A stretch of 64,000 bases of DNA from Thermodesulfobacteriota bacterium. GTDB taxonomy: Bacteria; Desulfobacterota_D; UBA1144; Nemesobacterales; UBA2774. A model generated the notes under the pieces. It saw only the letters and a program-made list of their open reading frames with translations. It was not told the DNA's origin and searched no databases. Position numbers and translations under genes: made by a program. Below are positions 9,520 to 19,986 of the stretch, one piece after another (the stretch's first letter is position 1; every line of letters starts with the position of its first letter). The DNA lies in the NCBI GenBank assembly GCA_963422265.1, contig OY729416.1, forward strand, positions 277,681-341,680. The letters are read 5' to 3'.

Positions 9520-10410
9520 ATGGTTTCCAGACAGAGAAGACTTTTAACGTTTCCCGCAGAGGATGGATTCTCTATAAACGGTCTGCTGGTTTGCGGAGAA
9601 TTTGAGAAGGCAAGAGATTTATACGACGCTCCAATAGTGCTTCTTATACATGGAGTGCTTGGGCACTTTCTTGCAAGGGGAACCCCCAGGCTGCTGCCCA
9701 ACGCGCTTGTAGAGAGGGGTTTCAACTCGCTATCAATAAATACAAGAATGGCGTTTACGGGTCAGATTTTCGGTGGTGGCATACTAGACGAAGCGGTAAT
9801 GGACGTAGATGCGGCGGTTAAAGAGCTGATTAAAGAGGGATTTAATAAAATCATAATTCTGGGTTGGAGCCTGGGTGCCAATCTCTCGATTTATTACTCC
9901 GTTGATAGGATTCACCCTAACGTCAAGGGCTTTATACTAGAAGGGTGCTCATATTCCCTTCCTGAATCAAATAGGAAGAGACTTGAAAAATGGGACAGCA
10001 TTCCCTCTTACGATCATGTTTACGATGTAGCGAAAAAAGTTCTTCATCCCGATCCTCGCGATCCTAAGAATGATAGAATATTCATAGTCTATAGGGCTTG
10101 GGGACCTACATTTGAGCCTTCTGACGCTGAGCTCTTTACTTATAGGACTTGGTGGTTTATGAGGGGTCCCGAAGCTCATAACGCTAAGACGAACGAAATT
10201 ATTAAAGGGGTGAAAGCACCTGTTCTCTTTATACACGGCGAGGAAGATTACATTGTTGGTGCTGAAGAGCCTAGGGGACTAATCTCAATCTTAAATGAGT
10301 CGGGGAATGATAACGTGGATATTAGATTCATACCAGAGGCAAGACACGACTGTATGGAAAATCCGGACTTTACAGTGGATGTTCTGGTTGATTGGCTTTC
10401 CCAGTTTTAA
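9520..10410 (+). CDS. Alpha/beta hydrolase, tandem paralog of the preceding gene (GWSLG)
   Basis: Same architecture as the upstream gene: HGVLGHF, GWSLGAN, TYRTWW conserved in both. Confidence 0.75.
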   Translation: MVSRQRRLLTFPAEDGFSINGLLVCGEFEKARDLYDAPIVLLIHGVLGHFLARGTPRLLPNALVERGFNSLSINTRMAFTGQIFGGGILDEAVMDVDAAVKELIKEGFNKIIILGWSLGANLSIYYSVDRIHPNVKGFILEGCSYSLPESNRKRLEKWDSIPSYDHVYDVAKKVLHPDPRDPKNDRIFIVYRAWGPTFEPSDAELFTYRTWWFMRGPEAHNAKTNEIIKGVKAPVLFIHGEEDYIVGAEEPRGLISILNESGNDNVDIRFIPEARHDCMENPDFTVDVLVDWLSQF

Positions 10411-10495
10411 CATTATTTTTGATTTCGCTTGCCAACGCTTCTAAACCCTATTATAAAATTACCTTTGATTAAATACTTGCCCGCCGAGGAATTGA

Positions 10496-11785
10496 ATGCC
10501 TGAGCTCAAGATAATTCGTAATTATTCTGGAGTAGCCGATTCGCACACTATTGACTCATATATGTCCAGAGGGGGCTATATGGCTCTTCCTAAGGTGCTT
10601 AAGAATGACCCCGAAGAGGTGATTGAAGAAATAAGAAAGTCAGAGCTAAGGGGGCGGGGTGGGGCGGGTTTTCCTACTGGGATGAAGTGGGGATTTATAC
10701 AGCGAGACTCGAAGAAACCCATATACCTTTGCTGCAATGCGGATGAAAGCGAGCCGGGAAGTTTTAAGGATAGAGAGATAATTGAGCAGGATCCACATCA
10801 GTTATTAGAGGGAATTATTATTGCCTGCTATGCTATAAACTCACGTAAATCTTATATATACATCAGGGGAGAGATGCCTTATGGAGCGTCTATTATTGAG
10901 AATGCTATCAGCGAGGCTTATAACAAAGGTTATCTAGGCAATAATATACTCAACTCGGGGTTCAACCTGGACGTGTCTTTATTCAGAGGCGCAGGGGCAT
11001 ATATATGCGGAGAAGAGACCGGTCTTCTAGAATCTATAGAGGGTAAAAACGGAGAACCTAGACCTAAACCCCCATTCCCCGCGCAGATCGGACTTTTCGG
11101 ATGTCCGACGATTGTTAATAACGTGGAAACTCTTGCCTGCGTTCCTCATGTTATGAATAGGGGGGCGGATTGGTTTTTGGGTATAGGCATGCCTAAGAAT
11201 ACCGGGACTAAAATATACGGCTTGTGCGGGAACGTTCGCAAGCCTGGGCTTTACGAGCTACCTTTAGGAATATCTCTTCGTCGGTTAATTGATGAGTACG
11301 GAGAGGGCGTGCCAAACGGCAGGAAGATCAAAGCGATCTCTCCTGGCGGTTCTTCAGCACCTCTTCTGACTGCCGAGGAGATTGGTATAAGGATGGATTT
11401 TGATTCTCTATCAAAAGTAGGTTCAATGCTCGGAACGGCGGGAGTAACCGTGATGGACGATACTGCCTGCATGGTAAGGGTCGCTCAGAATCTGGCGCAC
11501 TTTTATAGAGACGAGTCTTGCGGTCAGTGCGTTCAGTGTAGAGAGGGAACGTGGTGGCTTGAAAAGATGCTTACGATGATTGAGCAGGGAAAGGGTAGGA
11601 TGGAGTATATAGATACTTTGCTTGATGCCTGCTCTCAAATGAGGGGAACGACTATATGCGCCCTTGCAGATGGTTGCGCTATGCCAGTTGAGTCTATTGT
11701 GAAAAAATTCCGGGGTGAGTTTGAAGATCACGTAAAGCTTGGCAAATGTCCTTTTGAAAGGGCTTCTATGGGTAGCTGGTCTTGA
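10496..11785 (+). CDS. nuoF: NADH dehydrogenase flavoprotein subunit, NuoF/HoxF-like (51-kDa family)
   Basis: GRGGAGFPTGMKW NADH/FMN motif and ESCGQCVQCREGT 4Fe-4S motif. Stands alone, not in a nuo operon. Confidence 0.8.
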   Translation: MPELKIIRNYSGVADSHTIDSYMSRGGYMALPKVLKNDPEEVIEEIRKSELRGRGGAGFPTGMKWGFIQRDSKKPIYLCCNADESEPGSFKDREIIEQDPHQLLEGIIIACYAINSRKSYIYIRGEMPYGASIIENAISEAYNKGYLGNNILNSGFNLDVSLFRGAGAYICGEETGLLESIEGKNGEPRPKPPFPAQIGLFGCPTIVNNVETLACVPHVMNRGADWFLGIGMPKNTGTKIYGLCGNVRKPGLYELPLGISLRRLIDEYGEGVPNGRKIKAISPGGSSAPLLTAEEIGIRMDFDSLSKVGSMLGTAGVTVMDDTACMVRVAQNLAHFYRDESCGQCVQCREGTWWLEKMLTMIEQGKGRMEYIDTLLDACSQMRGTTICALADGCAMPVESIVKKFRGEFEDHVKLGKCPFERASMGSWS

Positions 11786-11839
11786 GTGAACTATTTGTCA
11801 ATTTTGAGTTGTTAAATACTAACAACTGGAAACTATAAG

Positions 11840-12067
11840 CTATTGAGATTTTCCGTTTTTCCCAGAGCTAGCACTTGGGGGTTCGGCATCCTTATCCTGA
11901 ATAGACGTTTGGTCATCCTGGGGTTCATCGTCTTTAAGGGATTTTCTAAAGCCTTTTATCCCCTTTCCTAATGACGAACCTATGTCTCCTAGTCTGCTAG
12001 GCCCAAAAATCAAAAGTAGGATCACCAGTACAATTATAAGTTCCCAAATTCCGAAGCCGCCTATCAT
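11840..12067 (-). CDS. tatA: Twin-arginine translocase subunit TatA/E
   Basis: [42 protein letters not shown]. Confidence 0.85.
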   Translation of the reverse strand: MIGGFGIWELIIVLVILLLIFGPSRLGDIGSSLGKGIKGFRKSLKDDEPQDDQTSIQDKDAEPPSASSGKNGKSQ

Positions 12068-12192
12068 TGTGAATACAACCTCATAATGATGTATATTAAC
12101 GATATGCTTAGTTAAAGTCAACTAGCCATATAGGATTCAATTGTGCAAGCTATGATATTACTTGTATAATGTTGTTAGGATGGAAGTGACTT

Positions 12193-12594
12193 ATGAGTCA
12201 AGATAGCTCTAATAGATCTGGGGAACGCGGAGTTGGAAAGCAAAGAGACATTTCGGACGTGGCGAGACAAGCGGGTCTGCTTATTCCCGTGTACGTTACT
12301 TCAACGGTGTGGGACAATTGGGTAACGCCTGACAGAAAGAGTATTGAGGATGGGGAAAATGAGGGAACGAGGGTAAGAAGCGTATTAGATAAACTCCTAT
12401 ACTATATCAGGGTACACCGCCAAACCAGCAGGTCAAACCTAATTTATTTTCCTGTCCCGCTAACAAAAGACGGGAAGTCAGAGAACGTGCAGTTGTTGTC
12501 CCATTTAGGTCCAGTGGATCAAGGTGATGATAGACCCTGTATCACTATAATGATGCCAGAAGACTATGATTCACTGCCAACGACTGCTCACTGA
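12193..12594 (+). CDS. Hypothetical protein, 133 aa
   Basis: ORF only; no recognised domain. Confidence 0.35.
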   Translation: MSQDSSNRSGERGVGKQRDISDVARQAGLLIPVYVTSTVWDNWVTPDRKSIEDGENEGTRVRSVLDKLLYYIRVHRQTSRSNLIYFPVPLTKDGKSENVQLLSHLGPVDQGDDRPCITIMMPEDYDSLPTTAH

Positions 12595-12924
12595 TTTACA
12601 ATCCCTTCACACTATTTTTACGAACAGGCTTAATTCCTTGCATGGGTTCTTGCTGAATTATTGAGGTTCAATTCATAACGGCTGCGGTAGCGAAAATGAG
12701 ACTTATGAGTATAAACAATGAGATTATGATAATCATAATAATTGGGAGATCAGAATTGTATCCCTTGTGCGCATTTGGAACGCTTGATTGCGCAAAACTC
12801 TGCCTTCTTTCCATTAGCCCTTTAGGAGCAATAGTGTTTTCTTTTGTTTTTATATCTTTTTTTGTTCCTTCGTTAGGCATCTTATCCTCACTTTATCACT
12901 TCTCCATTTATGAGCGGATTCAGT

Positions 12925-13377
12925 TCATGTCAGGGGTCCGAAAGCGTATTCCTGAGCTACCTTGAGCTGATATTCGAGCTCTTTAGTTAGCCTTCTTTGC
13001 AAGTCGCTCCATGCGATCATACCGTGGTAATCTCCATTTTTGTCCAGTATGAAAAGGTGTGATATGTTATGCGTGTTCATTAACCCAAGACATTCTACAA
13101 AGGTAGAATCAAGTCTAACGGTGTGCATTGTGGTGGTCATTATATCTTTTACCCTTATCTCGGATGGTTTTCGCCCCAGGGCTACTACCTTGGTTGAGAA
13201 ATCGGTGTGGCCTATGACACCTACCATTTTTCCATTACTGTTTACGCCCGTAGTCCTTATTTTGAAATTCCTTAGCTTGAGTGCTGCTACATCGGCAGTA
13301 TCTTCAGCATCCACGAAAAACAATTTGTCTCTAAGTCCTATTAGATCACGCACTTTCAAGTTTTCTAGCATTGACAC
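12925..13377 (-). CDS. CBS domain pair protein
   Basis: Two CBS-like units (VRDLI..FFVDAEDT; VKDIMTTTMHTV..). Confidence 0.75.
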   Translation of the reverse strand: MSMLENLKVRDLIGLRDKLFFVDAEDTADVAALKLRNFKIRTTGVNSNGKMVGVIGHTDFSTKVVALGRKPSEIRVKDIMTTTMHTVRLDSTFVECLGLMNTHNISHLFILDKNGDYHGMIAWSDLQRRLTKELEYQLKVAQEYAFGPLT

Positions 13378-13637
13378 TACCTCCTAATCAGTGGATTTGA
13401 TATACGAATAATTATATCCATTAAACTATATTTATTTATATCTAGCCATACTTAATCACTGATCTCACGAAACATTATAACAAAAAGTCTATAATTTTGC
13501 ACCCCTTTTTACAGAACTATTTCTTGAACTCTCCTAACGCACTGCTTGAGAAACTCAAGGCGATGGCTAGATAAGCTAGTCTGGGTACTAAGCTTCACAT
13601 TGATTTTAAATTTTTATTAGGTAACATTCTAATATGG

Positions 13638-13665
13638 AAAGCGGGCGCGTCCCGCTTTTTGATTT
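13638..13665 (+). terminator. Leader hairpin/attenuator upstream of rimP (aaagcgggcgcgtcccgcttt + T5)
   Basis: Read directly. Followed by 2 x 15-bp direct repeats aggtcgtgtaaaaat (13669-13683 and 13685-13699) that abut the rimP ATG. Confidence 0.45.
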
Positions 13666-13699
13666 TGTAGGTCGTGTAAAAATTAGGTCGTGTAAAAAT

Positions 13700-14167
13700 A
13701 TGAGTTCTGTTGGAGATATAATTTTTGACGTTAAGGAGCTTCTTGAGCCGCTTCTATTGGATAGAAGCCTAGAGCTTTGTGATATTGAGCTTAAAGGGCG
13801 AAATAAAAAGAAGCTCTTAAGAATATTTATAGATAAAGAAGGTGGCGTAACAATTGATGATTGTGCGGCTGTAAGTAGGGATCTTGGCACATTGCTTGAT
13901 GTGCATGATATAATGCCCGATTCTTCATATACTCTTGAGATTTCTTCTCCTGGGGTTACGAGAGCCCTTAAAAAACCTAGTGATTACGTAAGGTTCAGAG
14001 GTAAGAAAGTGAAGATAGAAACGGACACTCTTATAAAAGATAAAGGCGTGTTTGTTGGTATTCTGGGTGGGTTTAGTGATGACGTTGTGAGTGTCGAGAT
14101 TGAAGAAGTAACTTATTTAATACCCTATGATCAAATACGAAGGGCTAATCTGGAGTTGGATTTTTAG
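13700..14167 (+). CDS. rimP: Ribosome maturation factor RimP
   Basis: LELCDIELKG..LRIFIDKEGGVTIDDCAAVSRDL; conserved position upstream of nusA. Confidence 0.85.
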   Translation: MSSVGDIIFDVKELLEPLLLDRSLELCDIELKGRNKKKLLRIFIDKEGGVTIDDCAAVSRDLGTLLDVHDIMPDSSYTLEISSPGVTRALKKPSDYVRFRGKKVKIETDTLIKDKGVFVGILGGFSDDVVSVEIEEVTYLIPYDQIRRANLELDF

Positions 14168-14181
14168 AAGGAGACTGACAA

Positions 14182-15525
14182 ATGGTGCTAAGCACTGAGC
14201 TAACGCGTGTTATGGATTCTTTATGTAGGGATAAAGGCATAGATAGAGAGGAGATCGTTCTTGCGGTTGAGGATGCAGTGCTCTCTGCCGCGCAGAAACT
14301 CTTTCGTATGCGGGATAAAGATAAGGAGCTTGAAGTGCACTTTAATGGCGAGGAAGGTGACATTGAGCTCTTTGAGTTTAAGGTAGTCGTCAGTGATATA
14401 GAGGATCCTGACGTGGAGATAAGTATTGATGACGCTACTAGACTCGATCCCGAAGCGGAGATTGGCGATCAGATCGGCGTGAAAATCAATCCTGATTTCA
14501 CGAGAATTGCGATACAAAATGCGAAGCAAAGAATACTTCAGAGTATCAAAGAAATTGAGGGAAGGATTATCTCTGAGGAGTTTAAGAACAGAAAGGGAGA
14601 ACTTATTAGCGGTATTGTTAGAAGGATTGAAAGAAGGAATATTATTGTCGATCTGGGAAAGACGGAAGCCATTCTACTCCCTGAGCATCAGGTGCCAAGG
14701 GAATATTACAAACCTAAAGAGCGTCTAAGGGCTCTACTTGTTGACATTAAGGAAACAAAACGAGGTCCCCAGCTAATACTTTCCCGTTCGGATAAGGATT
14801 TTGTGAGAAAGCTCTTTGAATCTGAAGTTCCTGAGCTCGGAGAGCAGATCCTTCAGATTAAATCAATAGCAAGAGACCCCGGAGGTAGGACTAAAATTGC
14901 AGTTGCCTCAATAGATCAAGATGTGGATCCTGTGGGTGCTTGCGTAGGTATGCGTGGCGTTAGAGTTCAAAACGTTATACAAGAGTTAAGGGGCGAGAAG
15001 ATAGATATAATAGCTTGGTCTCCTGACCCTGCGAAGTTCGCGTGTAACGCCTTATCCCCTGCGCAGGTCAGTAAAGTGATTATAGACGATGGAAATAAAT
15101 CGCTCGAAGTTATAGTAGATGATGACCAGTTGTCATTGGCTATTGGCAGGAGGGGGCATAACGTCCGGCTTGCCTCTCAGTTGGCCGATTGGAAAATTGA
15201 TATTAAAACTGAATCCCAAATTAAACAAGAGCAGCATGATATTGTAGCTTTGTTCATGTCACTGCCCAACGTTAAAGAAGTTACGGCGAACTTGTTGTAT
15301 GGAGAGGGTTTTCAAAGCTTAGAGGACGTGGCTTTTTCAGATCCAGAGACACTAATACGCGCCGGGGGTTTAAAAGATCAAGATGGAGCAGAGGAGCTAC
15401 AGACAGCGGCACGACTGGCATTAAAAGATAGATTAGACCAGATATCCGTTGAGGAGACGGAGCAGTTAAGCCTAGGGGACGAATCAGAATCAGAACCTCA
15501 GGGAGAGGGACTTTCGGGACAGTAA
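14182..15525 (+). CDS. nusA: Transcription termination/antitermination factor NusA
   Basis: 447 aa; S1 and KH regions (GRRGHNVRLASQL); synteny with rimP and infB. Confidence 0.95.
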   Translation: MVLSTELTRVMDSLCRDKGIDREEIVLAVEDAVLSAAQKLFRMRDKDKELEVHFNGEEGDIELFEFKVVVSDIEDPDVEISIDDATRLDPEAEIGDQIGVKINPDFTRIAIQNAKQRILQSIKEIEGRIISEEFKNRKGELISGIVRRIERRNIIVDLGKTEAILLPEHQVPREYYKPKERLRALLVDIKETKRGPQLILSRSDKDFVRKLFESEVPELGEQILQIKSIARDPGGRTKIAVASIDQDVDPVGACVGMRGVRVQNVIQELRGEKIDIIAWSPDPAKFACNALSPAQVSKVIIDDGNKSLEVIVDDDQLSLAIGRRGHNVRLASQLADWKIDIKTESQIKQEQHDIVALFMSLPNVKEVTANLLYGEGFQSLEDVAFSDPETLIRAGGLKDQDGAEELQTAARLALKDRLDQISVEETEQLSLGDESESEPQGEGLSGQ

Positions 15526-15602
15526 TATGACGTTGTAGTATGTTTATGGTAACATCCTTCCACAGAGTAAGTTGAGAAATAGTTAAATTGGTGAATTCAA
15601 AT

Positions 15603-18284
15603 ATGGCAAACGTTAGAGTTTATGAGCTCGCTCGCAGATTATTGAACGAGTGGAAACAAGAGATAACCCAGAAAATCTTGAGAGAAACGAATAAAAGGGT
15701 ATTAGAAGTTGCGAGAGGGCTTGGGATTTCTGTAAAAGGTTCTACTAGTTCTGTTTCTTTGGATGAAGCGAAAAAGATAGAGAATAGAATCAATAACTCG
15801 CATAGTGCGAAAGCCCAATCGCAGGAGCCTATAGCCGAGCAAGAAGAGAAAGTGCGAGTTTTTAAGTCTGAGAGCGGCGCCGAGGTTGTTGAAAGACGCA
15901 AGGGTGGGAGGGTGATATTACGCAGAAAGAAAAAAGTGATAGAGGAGCCTGAGCAGGTTGATTTGGTAAAACAGAGAGTTGAACTGGAAGTGGGTTCTGA
16001 ACAAGAGGAAGGAGCTTCTGTAATAGTTAGAGAGGCTACTAGCGTTGGAGAGAAAATGGAAATGTCTGGGAGTCCCGTAATTGAGGTCGAGGCTGATAAT
16101 GCTCTAGTGGATGGGTCTAAGAGCAGTGACGTTATTGAGGAATCAGAACAAGGTAAGGGTTTAGAAGATGCCAGCGTAGGATCGTCTTTAGATGAGGAAA
16201 GGAATGAACGGTCTGCGAAAGAGGGTGTAGAGGATGCTGGTAAAAAGTCTAAGAAAAAAGGGAAAAAAGCTAAACCTGTAAGGGAAGAAATTATAGATGA
16301 AGACGCCCTGGAGGAGCTTAGAAAAGCCTTCAGAGCTAAATTGCCTGGTAGAAGAAGAGAGTATTTAGTTGAAGATAGACCTTCAAAGAATAGCCCTTCC
16401 GTTAGTCATGTTCGCAGCAGGGGGAGAGCTTTTAATAAAGATGTAAGAAAAGCGACTGGGGTAAGGAGATCCAATATAAAGGGTGCGGAATCCGCCGAGG
16501 TAATACCATTTCCTTCTGTTAAACCCGGGAAGAGAAACATTAGGATTGGCGAGTCAGTTCAAGTTGCTGAGCTCGCTAAGTTAATGGGAGTTAAAGCGGG
16601 AAAACTGATAAAGAGGCTAATTTCTCTGGGTGTCAAAGCTACTATTAATCAGGCTTTGGATCCCGAGACTGCTACAATAGTGGCAGAAGATTTCGGTTAT
16701 AATGTCCTAGTTGACGTCTTTAAGGAAGAGCATCATCTTTTAGAAGAAACTCGGGATTTGTCCGAACAGAATTTAACCCCTCGCCCACCAGTGGTTACTG
16801 TTATGGGGCACGTGGATCACGGTAAGACTACTCTTCTAGATTCTATTAGACAAACGAACGTCGTTGAGGGAGAAGCTGGTGGCATAACGCAGCACATTGG
16901 GGCGTATTCCGTGGATGTGGATGGGAGGAAGGTATCGTTTATAGATACGCCGGGTCACGAAGCTTTTACTGCTATGAGAGCACGCGGCGCCAAGGTTACG
17001 GACGTTGTAGTGCTGGTTGTAGCTGCTGATGACGGCGTAATGCCGCAGACAGTGGAAGCTGTGAACCATGCGAGGTCTGCCGACGTTCCTATCATAGTGG
17101 CTATAAATAAAATTGATAAACCTGAAGCCGACAAGGATAAGATCCTCAGGCAGTTGTCTGAGATAGGTCTGGTTTCAGAAGAGTGGGGGGGCGATGCTTT
17201 ATTTGCTGAGGTGTCAGCAAAGCGGAAGACAGGTATTAAAGAGTTATTAGATTTGATTTTACTGCAGGCGGATATTCTAGAGCTAAGGGCAGATAGTGCA
17301 ATTAGGGCAAATGGTTTTGTAGTTGAGGCGGTGCTTGATAAGGGCAGGGGTCCTATAGCCACCGTATTAGTAATTGAAGGGACGCTGAATATAGGGGATT
17401 ACCTCGTTGCAGGCACGACTTACGGAAAGGTGAGGGCGTTAATTAACGATAAGGGAGTTAGGGTAAATAGCTCTGGACCCTCAATGCCCGTTGAAATAAT
17501 GGGTCTTTCAGGAGTTCCTGAAGCTGGAGAGAGATTTTACGTTGTTAAAGATGAGAAGTCAGCCAAAGGAGTCGTTACTTACAGAGAGATGAAACAAAGG
17601 GAGAGGGCTGCGGCTAAAGAAAAGAAACCTTCACTTGAGAATTTGTTTGATTCGCTTGAGGGGGATGAAGCGAAAGAGCTTGCACTGATAATTAAGGCGG
17701 ATACTCAGGGATCCGTAGAAGCGATAGCTGAGTCGGTCAATAAGCTGAGCACGGAGAAATGTCAGGTAAAGATAATCCATACCGGGGTTGGGAGCGTGAG
17801 CGAAACGGACGTGAATCTCGCGAGCGCATCCTGCGCTGTAATTTTAGGGTTCAATATCAGACCTGATCATAAGGTCCTTGATGCCTCCGCTAGACAAGGC
17901 ATCTCACTTGAACTGCATACCATTATATATGAGGTCATAGATAGGGTAAGAAGCGCAATGGAAGGACTGCTTGATCCTATCTTAGAAGAAAAAATTACGG
18001 GTCACGCGGAAGTGAAGGATACTTTCAACATATCTAAAGTAGGCACCATAGCGGGATGTATGATTAGTGATGGAAAGGTAACAAGAGACAGTAAAATAAG
18101 GCTTTTGAGGGATGGCGTGATTGTTTTTGACGGGCAGATCGATTCGCTTAGGCGTTTTAAGGATGATGTAGGGGAGGTAGTAGCGGGTTTTGAATGCGGA
18201 ATTGGGATTAAAAGGTTTAATGACATAAAGGTTGGCGACACGCTTGAATTTCACACTGTTGAAGAGTTCAAGCAGGAACTCTGA
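15603..18284 (+). CDS. infB: Translation initiation factor IF-2
   Basis: GTPase motifs VMGHVDHGKTTLLD, DTPGHEAF, NKIDK. Long charged N-terminal region. Confidence 0.95.
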   Translation: MANVRVYELARRLLNEWKQEITQKILRETNKRVLEVARGLGISVKGSTSSVSLDEAKKIENRINNSHSAKAQSQEPIAEQEEKVRVFKSESGAEVVERRKGGRVILRRKKKVIEEPEQVDLVKQRVELEVGSEQEEGASVIVREATSVGEKMEMSGSPVIEVEADNALVDGSKSSDVIEESEQGKGLEDASVGSSLDEERNERSAKEGVEDAGKKSKKKGKKAKPVREEIIDEDALEELRKAFRAKLPGRRREYLVEDRPSKNSPSVSHVRSRGRAFNKDVRKATGVRRSNIKGAESAEVIPFPSVKPGKRNIRIGESVQVAELAKLMGVKAGKLIKRLISLGVKATINQALDPETATIVAEDFGYNVLVDVFKEEHHLLEETRDLSEQNLTPRPPVVTVMGHVDHGKTTLLDSIRQTNVVEGEAGGITQHIGAYSVDVDGRKVSFIDTPGHEAFTAMRARGAKVTDVVVLVVAADDGVMPQTVEAVNHARSADVPIIVAINKIDKPEADKDKILRQLSEIGLVSEEWGGDALFAEVSAKRKTGIKELLDLILLQADILELRADSAIRANGFVVEAVLDKGRGPIATVLVIEGTLNIGDYLVAGTTYGKVRALINDKGVRVNSSGPSMPVEIMGLSGVPEAGERFYVVKDEKSAKGVVTYREMKQRERAAAKEKKPSLENLFDSLEGDEAKELALIIKADTQGSVEAIAESVNKLSTEKCQVKIIHTGVGSVSETDVNLASASCAVILGFNIRPDHKVLDASARQGISLELHTIIYEVIDRVRSAMEGLLDPILEEKITGHAEVKDTFNISKVGTIAGCMISDGKVTRDSKIRLLRDGVIVFDGQIDSLRRFKDDVGEVVAGFECGIGIKRFNDIKVGDTLEFHTVEEFKQEL

Positions 18285-18295
18285 TAATCTGTTAA

Positions 18296-18589
18296 TTGAT
18301 GATAATTGGGGTGCTTAGAGTTGATTTATATATCGATGGGGCTAGATCCTTAAAAGATAAGCGTCGGATATTAAAGGGGCTTATTCAGAGAGTAAGATCC
18401 AAGTTCAACAACGTTTCAATATCTGAAGTAGGGTCAAACGATCTTTGGCAGAAAGCTACTATAGGTGTTTCGGTCGTGAGTAATGAAACTCGTTTTGTAA
18501 ATTCAGTTTTGGATAAGGCTACGGACTTTATAAATTCTACGGGATTGGTTCGGATAGGAAACCGCAAGTTAGAGATAATTCATTTTTAG
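18296..18589 (+). CDS. DUF503 (YlxP-like) protein
   Basis: 97 aa between infB and rbfA, the conserved position for DUF503. Confidence 0.7.
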   Translation: MMIIGVLRVDLYIDGARSLKDKRRILKGLIQRVRSKFNNVSISEVGSNDLWQKATIGVSVVSNETRFVNSVLDKATDFINSTGLVRIGNRKLEIIHF

Positions 18590-18599
18590 GAGAGCAGAC

Positions 18600-18980
18600 T
18601 TGGTAGTTTCCTTCAAGAGGTCAGAAAGGGTCTCAGATGAAATAATGAAAGAAGTCTCCGGTATGATAGTGAGGGGTGAGATTAGAGATCCGCGCGTGTG
18701 TTCCGTATATGTTACAGGGGCTAAGGTCTCCGATAATCTTAGCGTTGCGGATTTATATTTTACTGTTATAGACGAAGGTGATGCTGATAAACATATTCCT
18801 TCATCCAAGCGGAGAGAAGAGGCGCTTAGAGGACTAGAGAGGGCAAAAGGATTCATTAAAAGCAAGCTTGCCAAGAGATTAAGAATGCGAAAGATTCCTG
18901 ATTTAAGATTTGGATTTGATTCTGCCCTTGAGGAGGCTTATAAAGTGGATGAGGCATTAAGGGGAATTAGCAGTGAATAG
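18600..18980 (+). CDS. rbfA: Ribosome-binding factor A
   Basis: RSERVSDEIMKEVS...DPRV..VYVTGAKVSDNLSVADLYFTV; synteny. Confidence 0.85.
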   Translation: MVVSFKRSERVSDEIMKEVSGMIVRGEIRDPRVCSVYVTGAKVSDNLSVADLYFTVIDEGDADKHIPSSKRREEALRGLERAKGFIKSKLAKRLRMRKIPDLRFGFDSALEEAYKVDEALRGISSE

Positions 18981-19986
18981 CGATCTCGAAAAAATTTCCT
19001 CTCTGGTGAGGAAATCGCGCAAATTTCTTATTACTTCCCATAGAAATCCAGACGCCGATGCTATAGGCTCGATGCTTAGTTTAGGCTTGGGTCTCGAGCA
19101 AATGGGGAAAGATGTCCTGTTCTACAATAAAGATGGAGTTCCAGAGGCTCTCAGGTTTTTGCCTTGCTCTGAGCGAGTTGTTAGCTCTTTAGAAAGAATA
19201 GAAGGGGATTTCGACGTTGCCATTGCGGTTGATTCCGCTGGGCTAAACAGGGTCGGACGGGAATTTGTAGATTTTACTAGTAGAGGAAGGTGTAGATATG
19301 CGGTGATTATTGATCATCATCAAACAAGCCATTCCTCGGTGGACGTCTGCTTGCTTGATAAAGGAGCACCCTCAACTGGGGTGATTATTTACGATATTCT
19401 ACAGTACTTATCAATAAAAATAGATGGCAGGGTTGCTACCAATCTTTATGCTACCATACTTGGCGACACGGGATCTTTTAGATATTCAAATGCGACCCAT
19501 AAAGCGTTTGTCGTCGCGGCGGAGCTGGTTCGATCAGGTGCTAAACCCGATGAAATTTCTCAGGCGCTCTATGAAAACGAGCCTCTTCGTAAATTCAAGC
19601 TTCTCGGCTTTGCCTTGCCTACGCTGGACGTCTTGGACGACTATGCAGTTGCTTACATTATCGTTGATAAAGCGATGTTTCGTAACGCAAGAGCCGGTAG
19701 GGAGGATACGGAAGGTATGGTGAACTTTCCTAGAAGTATTACGGGGGTTGAGGTTGCGGTGCTTTTCAGGCAAGAGGGGGATGATGGTAACGGGAGAGTT
19801 GACTGGAAAATAAGCCTTAGATCTAAGGGCAATGTTGACGTATCAAGTATAGCTGAGGGCTTTGGCGGTGGTGGACATAAAAACGCCGCGGGATGTTCTA
19901 TTATAGGGGATATAAAAACTGTCAAGGGTAAGGTGTTTGATTCTATAAGGCATGCACTTGACTACAATCGGGATAAGGTTTTTTGA
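18973..19986 (+). CDS. nrnA: DHH/DHHA1 phosphoesterase (NrnA-like oligoribonuclease/pAp phosphatase)
   Basis: ITSHRNPDADAIGS, DHH, GGGH motifs. Confidence 0.8.
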   Translation: MNSDLEKISSLVRKSRKFLITSHRNPDADAIGSMLSLGLGLEQMGKDVLFYNKDGVPEALRFLPCSERVVSSLERIEGDFDVAIAVDSAGLNRVGREFVDFTSRGRCRYAVIIDHHQTSHSSVDVCLLDKGAPSTGVIIYDILQYLSIKIDGRVATNLYATILGDTGSFRYSNATHKAFVVAAELVRSGAKPDEISQALYENEPLRKFKLLGFALPTLDVLDDYAVAYIIVDKAMFRNARAGREDTEGMVNFPRSITGVEVAVLFRQEGDDGNGRVDWKISLRSKGNVDVSSIAEGFGGGGHKNAAGCSIIGDIKTVKGKVFDSIRHALDYNRDKVF

